Source: Phycisphaerae bacterium (GTDB taxonomy: Bacteria; Planctomycetota; Phycisphaerae; UBA1845; Fen-1342). From it: a stretch of DNA of 64,000 nucleotides. The stretch lies in the NCBI GenBank assembly GCA_050115495.1, contig JASFQK010000015.1, forward strand, positions 64,001 to 128,000, read 5' to 3'. The translations under genes and the position numbers were made by a program. Below, in pieces: positions 49,345 to 58,901 of the stretch. The notes below the pieces were generated by a model that was given only the letters and a program-made list of their open reading frames with translations, made no database searches and was not told the origin of the DNA. Numbering within the stretch: position 1 is the stretch's first letter; every line of letters begins with the position of its first letter.

Positions 49345-50622
49345 GTGTCCACGATCTCACAGACAACTTGCCAATCGCTGGGATGTCGTCTCGTCGGCCC
49401 CTGGGTGATGCTCGTGGGGACCATCCTCCTCTTGCTCTGTGGGCACAGCGCATGGGCGACGGATGGTCTGGAGCCGATCGGCGTGAGCATGCAGGCTCGC
49501 GCACGCGGCGGCGCCGATGTCGCGGTCGGGGACTCGGCGCTTTCCATGATTGAGAATCCGGCCACTCTCGCGCTGTGGCGAGTGCACCGGTTCGACTTCG
49601 GCGGGGAGATCCTGATACCCCAATTGCGGTGGTCGAGTCCGCTGGGAGAGGCGCACGCACTGGGCATACATCCGCTGAGCGACATGGCGGTAGCCGTGCC
49701 CATCGACGATCGTCTGACGCTCGGCCTGGCGATGCACTGCAAGTGCGGCATGGGGACTCACTACGAGATGCGACACCTGCTCATGCCCTGGACAAAGCGC
49801 GACGTGATGTCCGACCTGAAGAACGGCGGCCTCATGCTGGGCGCCGGGCATCGACTGACGGACAAGCTCTCGATCGGCGCCGGGGCGAGCGTGGAGATGG
49901 CGACGGCCAGGTTCAACTCAGTCCTTGGCCCCGCCGACGTCAGCTTCGGGCGCGGATACGCGTACGGAGGCAGTTTCAACGTCGGCTTGCATTACCAGGC
50001 GACGGAAAGGCTGGCGCTCGGACTCGGCTACCGCTCACCTTCCTGGTTTGGCGATGTGTCCGGCGGAGAGATGAAGGCGTCCATGTTCGGCGTTATGCCA
50101 ATTCACCTGGGCAGCGTGCGTATGGAGGACTTCCGGCTGCCCCAGCGAATCAGCGGCGGCGTGGCCTGGGATGCAACGGATTGGCTGAAGCTGGTCGGCG
50201 AAGCGCGTTGGGTCAACTACTCGAATTCGACGTTTGGCTCAACGACGGTCAGGCTGAAGGACCTCGGGATCGGCATTCCGATGCCGCTGGGCTACCGGGA
50301 TCAGGGCATCTTCATCGTCGGAGCCGAATTCAAGCTGGCCGAGCGATGGAAACTGGGCGTGGGCTACAACTACGCCACCAATCCCATCCCCGATGAGCAC
50401 CTGTTTCCGATCATGCCCGCCACCATCCAGCACCACGCCACGATCGGGCTGCGCTACGAACGCGACAACTGGTGGGCCGGCGTGGGGTACATCTGTGGTT
50501 TCAATGCCTCGGTCGACAACCGCAGCCGGTACAGTGCGATTCCTCTCGGCATCGATTACGGGGCCTGCCGAGTCGACCACCGGCAACACAGCCTGTTGTT
50601 CGGGTTTGGGTTCAGCTGGTAG
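49345..50622 (+). CDS. FadL/OmpP1/TodX-family outer-membrane transporter
   Basis: ARGGA..A...NPA hatch motif, amphipathic beta strands, C-terminal FGFSW; GTG after GGAGGAG. Confidence 0.85.
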   Translation: MSTISQTTCQSLGCRLVGPWVMLVGTILLLLCGHSAWATDGLEPIGVSMQARARGGADVAVGDSALSMIENPATLALWRVHRFDFGGEILIPQLRWSSPLGEAHALGIHPLSDMAVAVPIDDRLTLGLAMHCKCGMGTHYEMRHLLMPWTKRDVMSDLKNGGLMLGAGHRLTDKLSIGAGASVEMATARFNSVLGPADVSFGRGYAYGGSFNVGLHYQATERLALGLGYRSPSWFGDVSGGEMKASMFGVMPIHLGSVRMEDFRLPQRISGGVAWDATDWLKLVGEARWVNYSNSTFGSTTVRLKDLGIGIPMPLGYRDQGIFIVGAEFKLAERWKLGVGYNYATNPIPDEHLFPIMPATIQHHATIGLRYERDNWWAGVGYICGFNASVDNRSRYSAIPLGIDYGACRVDHRQHSLLFGFGFSW

Positions 50623-50772
50623 TTCGAAGGTCTGAACACGGTGACGCAGGCGACTTCGCCCGAGACAGACGCGTTGGAGGAACTCCGGCAGCGAGTCTCG
50701 ACGCTGGAAGGCAAGGTCGCGGCCGGCGCCGACTCGAACGCCCTGCCCCCGAACGCTCGCCGTTTCCGGTGC

Positions 50773-50801
50773 TTGGCCATGGACGGACCCGGCGGTAAAA
50801 T
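50773..50801 (+). promoter_or_regulatory. Sigma70-like promoter of tRNA-Gly
   Basis: TTGGCC-17 bp-TAAAAT. Confidence 0.5.
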
Positions 50802-50885
50802 GAACTGTCCCGGCGGGCCGGTGAGGTCACGTCGTTTCTGACGTTGAAGTGCCCGGGAACGCCGAGATATGCAGGAGAACTGCTC

Positions 50886-50958
50886 GCGGGCGTAGCTCAA
50901 TTGGTAGAGCATCAGCCTTCCAAGCTGAATGTTGCCGGTTCGAACCCGGTCGCCCGCT
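50886..50958 (+). tRNA. tRNA-Gly(TCC)
   Basis: Acceptor GCGGGCG/CGCCCGC, D arm GCTC..GAGC, anticodon stem TCAGC-CTTCCAA-GCTGA, T loop TTCGAAC; CCA not encoded. Confidence 0.97.
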
Positions 50959-50984
50959 TTGAGACATGATGCGACGCGGACGCG

Positions 50985-51024
50985 CAAGCTGAATGTTGCC
51001 GGTTCGAACCCGGTCGCCCGCTTT
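50985..51024 (+). repeat. Exact 40-bp duplicate of the tRNA-Gly 3' half (att fragment)
   Basis: CAAGCTGAATGTTGCCGGTTCGAACCCGGTCGCCCGCTTT identical to 50921-50960; 24-bp spacer. Confidence 0.95.
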
Positions 51025-51115
51025 CGTGAATGCTGTTGCACGTCGTAGCTAACTCTTGATTCTCGTTTGGGTTACGCGCCCCGTCCGCCCCGCCCCGCCG
51101 TGTGTCGCGATTGAA

Positions 51116-52690
51116 TCACGTGGAACCGTTTTGACTCGCTTGGCGTGCTTTTCCGCCAAGCAGAACGCCAAGCGCCTCGCCCGCCGGAGGCGTCGCCGTC
51201 GCGCTGTCCGTCCCGGTCGCCCGACCGTGTCCGCGGTCTGGCACGGCGTCCATGCTCGGCAGAGCGTCCAGAGCCGCCGCGGTGTCGAGCAGCCGCGGGT
51301 CGGTGTACGTGCCGAGCGTCAAGCGGATATCCGAGTGCCGCATGATCGTCTGGGCGGTCCGTGGGGCGACGCCCGCCTTGGCAAGGTATGTCGCCGTCGT
51401 GTGCCGCAAGGCGTGAACATCGACGGTCCGCCCGTCGGCGTCTCGTGTGTCGATTCGCCAGCAGTCCCGGCCCTTGCGGTCCTTCGCCTTCACCCGCCGG
51501 GCGATGCCCGCCGCCACAAGGTCGCGGTCCAGAATGCACACGAGCTGTTTCGGAACACGGAACACCGGACCGCTCGCCGCCCCGTCGCCGCAGTCGGCCC
51601 GCCACGCCCGCAACGACTCCGCCAAGTCCGCCCGGATCGGCAGTGTCTCGGCCTTGCGGTTCTTGGCGACAGCCGCCCGCACCGTCAACGTCGGCGCCTT
51701 GCCGTCCAGCGACAAGTCGCCCCACAAGAGCGCTGCCAGTTCGCCGCGCCGAAGCCCGGTAAGCACGAGCGTTCGATAGATCAACCCGCGTTCTCGGCCG
51801 AGCCGCCGGAGCTTGGCCACAAAGGCCGGCTTCAAGCGGAGCTTCTCGGCCGCCCGATCCGCCGCCGCGTCGATGTTCGCCAGCGTCAACGGTTCGAGCG
51901 CCAGCGGTCCCGGCTTCCCGTCCGGATTCTCTTCTCGCTTGATGCTCTCCCGCCCATGCTCGGCCAGCGGGCGAAGCTCGGCCACACGGAGCAGCGCCAG
52001 AAGCTCGTCTTCGGTCAACGCCCGCCGTTCCCGCCGCCTGTCGCCCGCTTCGTCGGCTCGCCGCAGCGTACCCAGCGGGTCGGCTACCATGCGACCGTCG
52101 GCGACGGCCCAGCGGATGAACGCCCGCAAGCTCGCGGTGTACGTGTTACGAGTCCGGGCCCCCATGCCTTCGCTTTCGCGGAGTCCTAACCACCTTTGGA
52201 CGGGCTCGGCCGTCACCCCCGCCAGTCGAGTGAAACCGCAGTCGGCAACGATGCGCCTGAGCCGCCGGAGCGTCTCGGACAAGTGCGCCGCCGACACGCC
52301 CGACGCCCGCAAGTGCGTTTCGTAGGCGTCAACGTGTCGGTCGATGTTCGCCTTGAGACTGGCGGAAAGGTCGATACTCTGCTGGTCAATGATCCCCGCC
52401 CGTTCGCGTTCCACGGCACGGGTAAGCTCGGCCGCCTTCGCGAGCGTCGCCCCCTTGTCGGCGTAGCCCTTCACCCGCCGCACGTGCCCCCCGGCGTCCG
52501 TGTACTCGATTGCCCAGTTTCGGGCTTCGACGGTCACGCGGCGCCCGGCGTGCCTGCCGCGTTTCGTGACTGGAGCCGTCACCATCCGGCCGTTGCGGCG
52601 GAACCGGGCAAGGCACTGGCCGTCCCGGTCGGAGAGCACAGCCCCCGCCGGTATCGGCATCGTGTATGTCGGTCGGTACACGCGTGCCAT
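51116..52690 (-). CDS. Tyrosine recombinase/integrase 1
   Basis: LTGLRRGEL (R), AKNRK (K), HALRHT (HxxR), MRHS, TLGTYTD (Y). Confidence 0.95.
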   Translation of the reverse strand: MARVYRPTYTMPIPAGAVLSDRDGQCLARFRRNGRMVTAPVTKRGRHAGRRVTVEARNWAIEYTDAGGHVRRVKGYADKGATLAKAAELTRAVERERAGIIDQQSIDLSASLKANIDRHVDAYETHLRASGVSAAHLSETLRRLRRIVADCGFTRLAGVTAEPVQRWLGLRESEGMGARTRNTYTASLRAFIRWAVADGRMVADPLGTLRRADEAGDRRRERRALTEDELLALLRVAELRPLAEHGRESIKREENPDGKPGPLALEPLTLANIDAAADRAAEKLRLKPAFVAKLRRLGRERGLIYRTLVLTGLRRGELAALLWGDLSLDGKAPTLTVRAAVAKNRKAETLPIRADLAESLRAWRADCGDGAASGPVFRVPKQLVCILDRDLVAAGIARRVKAKDRKGRDCWRIDTRDADGRTVDVHALRHTTATYLAKAGVAPRTAQTIMRHSDIRLTLGTYTDPRLLDTAAALDALPSMDAVPDRGHGRATGTDSATATPPAGEALGVLLGGKARQASQNGST

Positions 52691-52788
52691 GCTTCACCCG
52701 TTCATCCGCGTCCGTCGTGTGGGGTGCGGTTCAGGCCCCAATACACTGCACGGTTTGTCGATGCGCGCTATGCCCAGATCGGCATTGC

Positions 52789-54075
52789 TCACGGCCGCAC
52801 CTGCTGGTCGCCCCGCCCCATCGGCGGTGGAACACGATCAACACGATCAACTCGATCAGGTCGCTGCTTCACGTGTTGCTCGTCTTCGTCGTCTTTATCG
52901 TGTGTATCATCAATACTGGCAGGTGCGACGCCTTCTGCCCCGGTGCCACCTGTCGCCCGGGACGCGGGCGACGGAAGCTCCCAAGTCCAGGGCGGGTTCT
53001 TGATACCCTTTGGCCGATTCTTCACAACACCGACTCGCTTGGCGGCTCTGACTAAAGTGCCCTGGGCGATTTCTGCGTTGACCGCCCGGTCGCGCAGCGC
53101 CTCCACCTCCACCGGCCCGTTCGCAAGCTGTTCCTTGAGCCATTCCTTCGCCCTCTCGGTCGCGCCCTTGCCCACGCTGCTACCCTGCTCGGAGGCGAGG
53201 GCCTCGTCGGCGGCCAATTCCACGGGCTCTTGATCCCAAGAGACAGCCGGGCCGTCCCCATCGTCACGGATGACGAAGCCGAGACCGGGGGGGACCTCAG
53301 CGTTGTTCAGCTTCGCGCACGTCATGAGACGCCGTCGCGGGTTCTCCCTATCCCGCGATATCAGCCAAGTCGCACGAGCAAAGGCCGTGAACGCGATGGA
53401 CCCGCCCACCCGATAGACCGCTTTGGGCTGTGCCACGTTCTTGTTGAGATGCTTCACCAAGAGGACGGCAACGTGGTGTTGTTCCGCAAGCTGCTTCAAC
53501 GGCCCGAGTGCCACTCGCACATCCTCGTTCTGGTTCGTGTCCGTGTGGCCCAGGAAGCCGTCCACGGGGTCAATGATGATTAGTCTCACGCCCTTTCTCT
53601 TTCTTACCTCCTGCTCAAGCAATGCAATGTGGTCTTCGAGGCAAAACGGGGTGTCCCGTTCGTCCCCACGCGATCGTACGGCCGTCAATGCGACGATTCG
53701 TGCGGGGTTAGCTCCCGCCGCGGTCAACCGGGGCTTCACAGCATCGTCGAGGTTGTCCTCGGCAGCGAGTATGATGACGTCCCCCTCCTTATTGGGCTCG
53801 TTCGGTTGATCTGGCCACCGCGTTCCGGCCGAGACCCTCGCCGCGATATCGAGCGTCACAAAGGACTTGCCCAAGCCGGGGTCCCCAGCGACTATGTTGA
53901 GGGCACCGAGTTGGATGCGCTTGGGCCACAGCCATTCCGCGGGCCTTGCAACGACTTTCGTCAGCGGTACAAGCACGGCCCTAGCTTCCGGTTTCTTCCG
54001 CCTCTGAGCTGCCCGCTTGGCCGGTCTGGACGCGGACGACCCGAGGCGCTGTTTCTGGCGCGAGCTTCCACTCAT
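52789..54075 (-). CDS. AAA_25/RepA-like replicative helicase without primase domain
   Basis: EWLWP, GDPGLGKS, AAED, LIIIDP, HLNK, GGSIAF...AR. Confidence 0.88.
   Translation of the reverse strand: MSGSSRQKQRLGSSASRPAKRAAQRRKKPEARAVLVPLTKVVARPAEWLWPKRIQLGALNIVAGDPGLGKSFVTLDIAARVSAGTRWPDQPNEPNKEGDVIILAAEDNLDDAVKPRLTAAGANPARIVALTAVRSRGDERDTPFCLEDHIALLEQEVRKRKGVRLIIIDPVDGFLGHTDTNQNEDVRVALGPLKQLAEQHHVAVLLVKHLNKNVAQPKAVYRVGGSIAFTAFARATWLISRDRENPRRRLMTCAKLNNAEVPPGLGFVIRDDGDGPAVSWDQEPVELAADEALASEQGSSVGKGATERAKEWLKEQLANGPVEVEALRDRAVNAEIAQGTLVRAAKRVGVVKNRPKGIKNPPWTWELPSPASRATGGTGAEGVAPASIDDTHDKDDEDEQHVKQRPDRVDRVDRVPPPMGRGDQQVRP
52831..52857. repeat. 3 x 9-bp tandem repeat AAC(A/T)CGATC in the helicase 3' end
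   Basis: Copies at 52831, 52840 and 52849. Confidence 0.8.
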
Positions 54076-54284
54076 TGTCGCACCGCCTCTCCGGCCTCGA
54101 ACGCCCGCATGTCGCACCCGCATTCGATGAACCGGGCGATGTCGCTCTCACGCCAGCGCACCGACCGAGCCAGCCGCACCGGCAACGGGAGTCGCTCGGA
54201 GCCAGCCAGCTTCCATACTTGCCGCGTGCTCACGCCGAGCCGCGCCGCTACATCTCGCACACTCAACAGTCTGTCTTCCATCAT
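54072..54284 (-). CDS. AlpA-family excisionase/regulator
   Basis: LLSVRDVAARLGVSTRQVW...LPLPVRL..SVRWRESDI. Confidence 0.9.
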   Translation of the reverse strand: MMEDRLLSVRDVAARLGVSTRQVWKLAGSERLPLPVRLARSVRWRESDIARFIECGCDMRAFEAGEAVRQ

Positions 54285-54521
54285 TGCCGCAACTTGTCTT
54301 TCGCACTTCGCCGCTGATTCAATCTGCATCATCCTGGCACCTCGTTCCATCCGTGTAGGCCGCACACGCCGTGCGGTCTTCTCGTTCGATTATGCCAGTC
54401 AGTTTGGACGGACGAATGCGGCCGATTTTGTCCGGCGCCCTTGTCCGGCGCGGCGAGTCCGCAAGTGCTTGTGTGTACAGAGTTGAACGCCCCCGCAGGT
54501 ACGGACGGAATTAGTGGCCGG

Positions 54522-55133
54522 TCACTTGACGGATTTTCGGGCTCGCCGCTTTCGGTCCCGATCTATGGCGAGTCTGACCGCGCGTTCGGTCAAACCCTTC
54601 TCTTGGGCCAGTTCCGCGTACGTGCGCCATCGCTTGCCCTCCCACGCTCGGGCAATCTTAGCGTCGGCCGCGGCATCCGTGTCGGCCGGTCGCCCTCGCC
54701 GCTTGCCGGGCGTCGCGCCCCGAACGGCGATCGCGTCGCGAAAGGCCGTCTCGTACTCGACGGGTGCTTCCGACAGCATGTTCGACGTGATCGGGGTTCG
54801 TTTGCGAGCCGGGCCGTACGTAACCGTCGGTTCCACCTCCAGGATCAGCTCTTCGATCAACTCGTACGCCCGGTGCCGTACGTCTGCTGGAACGACGTCC
54901 CCGGGCAATGGAGGAACTAGCCCCGCATTTGCCATCGCATCGCGTGCCCGCCGCGCGCGCTCCAGAAGCTCGCGTCGGTGCCGCCTCGACACGACGTAGT
55001 AATCCGCCGCACGTGCTGGGTTGAAGGTCTTGCGGATATTGGACCGCCCGCGAATCGGGGGTCTGTAGGCCACCCGCTTGATGAACCCAGCGAGGTCCCT
55101 GAGGCAATCCTGCCAGACTACACTCTCGACCAT
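54522..55133 (-). CDS. Hypothetical protein with C-terminal HTH
   Basis: RRGRP..TYAELAQEKGLTERAVRLAIDR; start uncertain. Confidence 0.6.
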   Translation of the reverse strand: MVESVVWQDCLRDLAGFIKRVAYRPPIRGRSNIRKTFNPARAADYYVVSRRHRRELLERARRARDAMANAGLVPPLPGDVVPADVRHRAYELIEELILEVEPTVTYGPARKRTPITSNMLSEAPVEYETAFRDAIAVRGATPGKRRGRPADTDAAADAKIARAWEGKRWRTYAELAQEKGLTERAVRLAIDRDRKRRARKSVK

Positions 55134-55260
55134 AGCGTCGCCATCTCCAGAACGGTGGCGCGCACTCGCCTTCTCACGCCCTAGAGCGCCGGACGCGTTA
55201 GCGCGCGCGTTTGGCCGATCCATGCGCCGATCAGAACACGGGGGCCGCCACGCGGTCTCA

Positions 55261-55635
55261 TCAGTCCTGTCCAAACCACTCACGCAGCTTATCCCGGATG
55301 GCTCCCCGCCGCTCTATCGCCTCCACGGTGCGGACCTGAACCAGCTGGCGATCAATGCGACAGGTCACCAGGTGACCCCAGAGAAACCCAGGCGAGATCC
55401 TCACCTCAAGGTGATGCCGTTTGCCAGCGTGCACGAATGTCTCGTGGAACGGCCAAGTCTGGTCCAATGCTCTCCAGTCAAAAGACGCGATCGTCTGGAG
55501 GCGCGGCGACGGCGATGCGGTCACGTCAAGTGCGCACACCTCGACTCGGTATGAATGGTCGCTAATCCCAATGTCCACTCTGATTTGTCCTTGCCACGGC
55601 TCGCACGTGCTATGCAGTTCCTTGTCGTACGGCAT
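55261..55635 (-). CDS. Hypothetical protein (element cargo)
   Basis: GAAGGAG RBS then MPYDKELHST; beta-rich composition. Confidence 0.55.
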   Translation of the reverse strand: MPYDKELHSTCEPWQGQIRVDIGISDHSYRVEVCALDVTASPSPRLQTIASFDWRALDQTWPFHETFVHAGKRHHLEVRISPGFLWGHLVTCRIDRQLVQVRTVEAIERRGAIRDKLREWFGQD

Positions 55636-55763
55636 GCAGGTCTCTCCTTCCGTCGGACCACTGAGGATCGGTGCGCGCAGCGGCATCTCTCGCCTGCGGG
55701 GCTCGGTGCACGCATCGTACGCGCATCGCCAGACTCCGTCCGGCCGCCGTCTGGGTATTCGCG

Positions 55764-56234
55764 TTACACGCTAACGGAGCCACTCTGTGCCCTCGTGGCG
55801 GGCCTTGCTGTCGGCGCCCTGGTCGGCCCGGCTCCACGTCCGCGGTCGTCGCAGTTCCCGAGAATGTCGTCGTCCGAGTCCGCCGAGAGCCCAGCGGCTT
55901 CCGCCCGCGCGATCTTCAAGCCTATCGGCGACAGATACAACCCGGCCAGCATGCACAGCCGATGTAGTTCAAACGCCTCTACACGCGTTCGCGGCGAACG
56001 GCGCACGTCTCGGGCTATCTCGCCGCAGTGCCCCGCAACGGATGCGAGCTTCGCCACGAGCGCGGCGCGGATCACGTGGGCGACCCGCAACCGCTCACGG
56101 GCCGCAACCCGGCGGAGCAGTCTCAGCGCCGGGCGTGGCAGCCGGACGTGGACCGTCACGTCGTGCTGCCGCCCCCGCGGTCGCCCCCGCCGTCGTCCGT
56201 GTTGTTTGCTGTCACGTGCTGCAATCATACCCAT
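55764..56234 (-). CDS. Hypothetical protein, possible ribbon-helix-helix regulator
   Basis: RGRPR..VTVHVRLP..LLRRVAARE..VAHVIRAAL. Confidence 0.4.
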   Translation of the reverse strand: MGMIAARDSKQHGRRRGRPRGRQHDVTVHVRLPRPALRLLRRVAARERLRVAHVIRAALVAKLASVAGHCGEIARDVRRSPRTRVEAFELHRLCMLAGLYLSPIGLKIARAEAAGLSADSDDDILGNCDDRGRGAGPTRAPTARPATRAQSGSVSV

Positions 56235-56510
56235 ATTCTAGCAACGCAAGAAGTCTCGCGCCAGCCATATCTCGCTTGACTGTCAGGAGTTACGAGCGTT
56301 CGCCAGCCAGGCCACACAGCCTCCGAGCAGCAGGAAGCCACCTTCCCCGGCTCAGAGCCACAGCCGGCGGACCAGCAGAGCACTCCGGGACAACAACCCG
56401 CCGTTCGCCACGCACGGCCGGCTCGCCCACGTTCCGCCGGAGCAGCGGCCCAACCGGTCCGCTGTCGGGTTTGTGGCGGGGAACGCGACGCTCCCCACCC
56501 GAAGGTAGAC

Positions 56511-56532
56511 CAGGGTATCCCCTGTTTTTTTT
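56511..56532 (+). terminator. Intrinsic terminator-like hairpin
   Basis: CAGGG-TATC-CCCTG followed by a T run. Confidence 0.5.
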
Positions 56533-57011
56533 CAATTCATGCGGTAGGCTTTCCACGCTCCGACAGTCGTATTCGGGTCCACCGTCGCCATCACGGGGTG
56601 AGGTTCCCACTGAATCAAGTAGATCTCGCCCTGAGGCGTGACCGCAACGACCGTTCGTTCGTTTACCTTGATGGCCGCGGCAGTCCGTACCTCGATTTCC
56701 TTGGGGACGATTCCGTCCAAGGATGTCCCTTTGACGGCAATCTCCCGTGGAATACCGGAGATGTCCCCTGTCACGTGGATGCTGTCTGGAGCCCCGGTCA
56801 TTTGCACTTCATGTGGAACGCCAGACACCCGGACGGAGTAATCAGCGTGTTTCTCGCGCTCATAGAACGTGCCGCCCCAGAAGGCCACAACACCGATGAG
56901 AAGCGCGAGAACGAACGGGACGGCGGCGTTCCCGGCCTTCACGGTGATCGTCGGTCGTCCCTGGGGTTGTCTGGAAACCGCCTCTGCTGTCACGCGTGGT
57001 TGTTCGCTCAT
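56532..57011 (-). CDS. Hypothetical single-TM membrane protein
   Basis: AGGAGG RBS; TM VPFVLALLIGVVAFWGG; repeated V.G.P..I.V motif. Confidence 0.7.
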   Translation of the reverse strand: MSEQPRVTAEAVSRQPQGRPTITVKAGNAAVPFVLALLIGVVAFWGGTFYEREKHADYSVRVSGVPHEVQMTGAPDSIHVTGDISGIPREIAVKGTSLDGIVPKEIEVRTAAAIKVNERTVVAVTPQGEIYLIQWEPHPVMATVDPNTTVGAWKAYRMN

Positions 57012-57146
57012 GATCCAGCCGACCTCCTGCTGTTATAGTCCCTTTCCCGCCCCAGACACGGCTTGCGGCACTTCTCTCCCCGTACCGAGTTGGCATCCTG
57101 AAACGCATGCTCCGAAGCACACGCCGAGACCGTTGAGGTTTGCCTG

Positions 57147-58901
57147 TCACCGCCCGGTCAGCAGCGCCACAAACGGGCCGATGTCAAAGTTGTTCACCAT
57201 GCTGTCGGCGTTGATGTCTGCGTTGGCGGGGGTGCAGTCCGGGTAGGCCGCCGCGTAGCCGGCGGGATTGGTCAGGGCCAGCACGAACGGGCTGATGTCG
57301 AAGTTGTCCACGACCCCGTCGCAATTCGGGTCGCCGGGCAGCGGGCATAGTTCGTCCCCTGGCGGCGGGCACGCGCCGTATTCGTAGGCTCCCATGTCGA
57401 TGATCGGCGCCCCGCCGTAGCCGGTGTCCGACGTTCCCGGGTCGTCACAGAACCGGGCGTTGCCGTCCAGGTCGATCGGTAGCAGTTCCGTCAGGCACTC
57501 GTCCGTGTCCACGTCGAGTTCGTCACGCCCCACGGCGGAGTTGTCTCCCGCGTCAATGCAGGGTGACCCGGCCGCCAGCCGATAGTCGCCGTTCGTTGCG
57601 GACACGAAGAGCGGGTCACTCCCGGTGTTGCCCACGCCGCCGTAGACGCCGGACCAGCCTTCCACACACGAGTAGGTGACGACGTGGTCGCCGCAACAGA
57701 GATCAAGCTGGGCCGATTCACCGCTCCCGGTGTGGTCAGAGTTGCCCCACAGCACGGACGACCGGATTGTCGCGTCGCCCATCGCGTAGACCCCTCCGCC
57801 GAAACCGCCCGCTTCGTTGTCCGCGACCGTGCAAGCGCTGAGCGTGGCATCGCCACCGAGCGTATGAACGGCGCCACCGTACTCAAAGGCGAAGTTCCGT
57901 TCGAATGAGGAGTTGATGAACTGCGCGGGCGCGACGAACAGATAGACAGCCCCGCCCTCGCGCGCCATGTTTTCGGCGAACCTGCAATTGCTGACCTTCG
58001 CCAACGGGCAGCTCAGGTAAATCGCTCCTCCCCAGGCTTCCGCAGTATTGTTTGCGAACGCGCAGTTCGAGACTTCTGCAGACGCCTCAGCGTTAAGGTA
58101 AATGGCACCACCCGCATAGGCGTGGTTATCCACAAAACTACACGAGGTTATGACGAGGTGCTGCGACCCTGAACCTATGCGGTAGTAGATCGCCCCTCCG
58201 TTGTCGCTGCTCGCATTCTCCCTGAAGGCACAATTCTCTACTCGCGCATCGCAGTCCTGTAGCCGCACGCAACCGCTTGGCCCCATCGCCACGTTGTCCT
58301 CAAACGTGCACCCCGCCACAAGAAGCGCCTCGTTGCTGGCATGAATGCCCGCTGATGAGTTGTCGCGAAACAGGCAATCCAAGACACGCACTTCGATGTC
58401 GGGGTTGCCGTACGTGATGACGCCCGGTGGCGCCATTTCTTCGAAGATGCAGGCCTCAATGGTCACGAGGCACCCCGGAATATGTAGAGCGTAAGAGCCG
58501 TTTCCTCGGCGAAACGTGATACCGCGTATGACCGTCTCATGAGATTCGCAAGTGCCGAACTGGACACCCCACACTCCGGGGGCGTTCTGCATGTCGATGA
58601 CACACGCCGTGGGCTGCCCGTAGCTCTCGATGGTCAGCGCCTTGAAAGATATGTACAGGTTCGTGTTGCCTGCACCCATGTACACGCCGTCCGCAATCAG
58701 CACCGTGTCGCCCGTGGTGGCCGCGGCGTCGATGCCCGCCTGAATGGTCCGCTTGGGGCCGCAGCTTCCGCCGTCCCACGCTTCACAAAGGCCGTCCCAA
58801 CCGTCGTTGCCCGTTGTGCCGTTCACGTAGATCGTCCGTGCCGGGCACACCGACACCACCAGACCGACAAGAACCGCACAGATTGTCGCCGCTGCTTTCA
58901 T
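57147..58901 (-). CDS. Secreted right-handed beta-helix protein with C-terminal dockerin-like domain
   Basis: Signal peptide; TIQAGID; Pmp-like FxxN/GGAI repeats; [32 protein letters not shown]...[17 protein letters not shown]. Confidence 0.88.
   Translation of the reverse strand: MKAAATICAVLVGLVVSVCPARTIYVNGTTGNDGWDGLCEAWDGGSCGPKRTIQAGIDAAATTGDTVLIADGVYMGAGNTNLYISFKALTIESYGQPTACVIDMQNAPGVWGVQFGTCESHETVIRGITFRRGNGSYALHIPGCLVTIEACIFEEMAPPGVITYGNPDIEVRVLDCLFRDNSSAGIHASNEALLVAGCTFEDNVAMGPSGCVRLQDCDARVENCAFRENASSDNGGAIYYRIGSGSQHLVITSCSFVDNHAYAGGAIYLNAEASAEVSNCAFANNTAEAWGGAIYLSCPLAKVSNCRFAENMAREGGAVYLFVAPAQFINSSFERNFAFEYGGAVHTLGGDATLSACTVADNEAGGFGGGVYAMGDATIRSSVLWGNSDHTGSGESAQLDLCCGDHVVTYSCVEGWSGVYGGVGNTGSDPLFVSATNGDYRLAAGSPCIDAGDNSAVGRDELDVDTDECLTELLPIDLDGNARFCDDPGTSDTGYGGAPIIDMGAYEYGACPPPGDELCPLPGDPNCDGVVDNFDISPFVLALTNPAGYAAAYPDCTPANADINADSMVNNFDIGPFVALLTGR

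Noticed and set aside
50641..50841. 66-aa ORF between fadL and the tRNA
   Set aside because: No RBS or motif, and it overlaps the predicted tRNA promoter; cannot be supported.
50921..51024. Repeat-spacer-repeat as a mini-CRISPR
   Set aside because: The repeat is the tRNA 3' half next to an integrase, so it is att-derived.
50556..51041. 161-aa minus-strand ORF
   Set aside because: Translation of the tRNA antisense strand (RATGFEPATFSL); not a credible gene.
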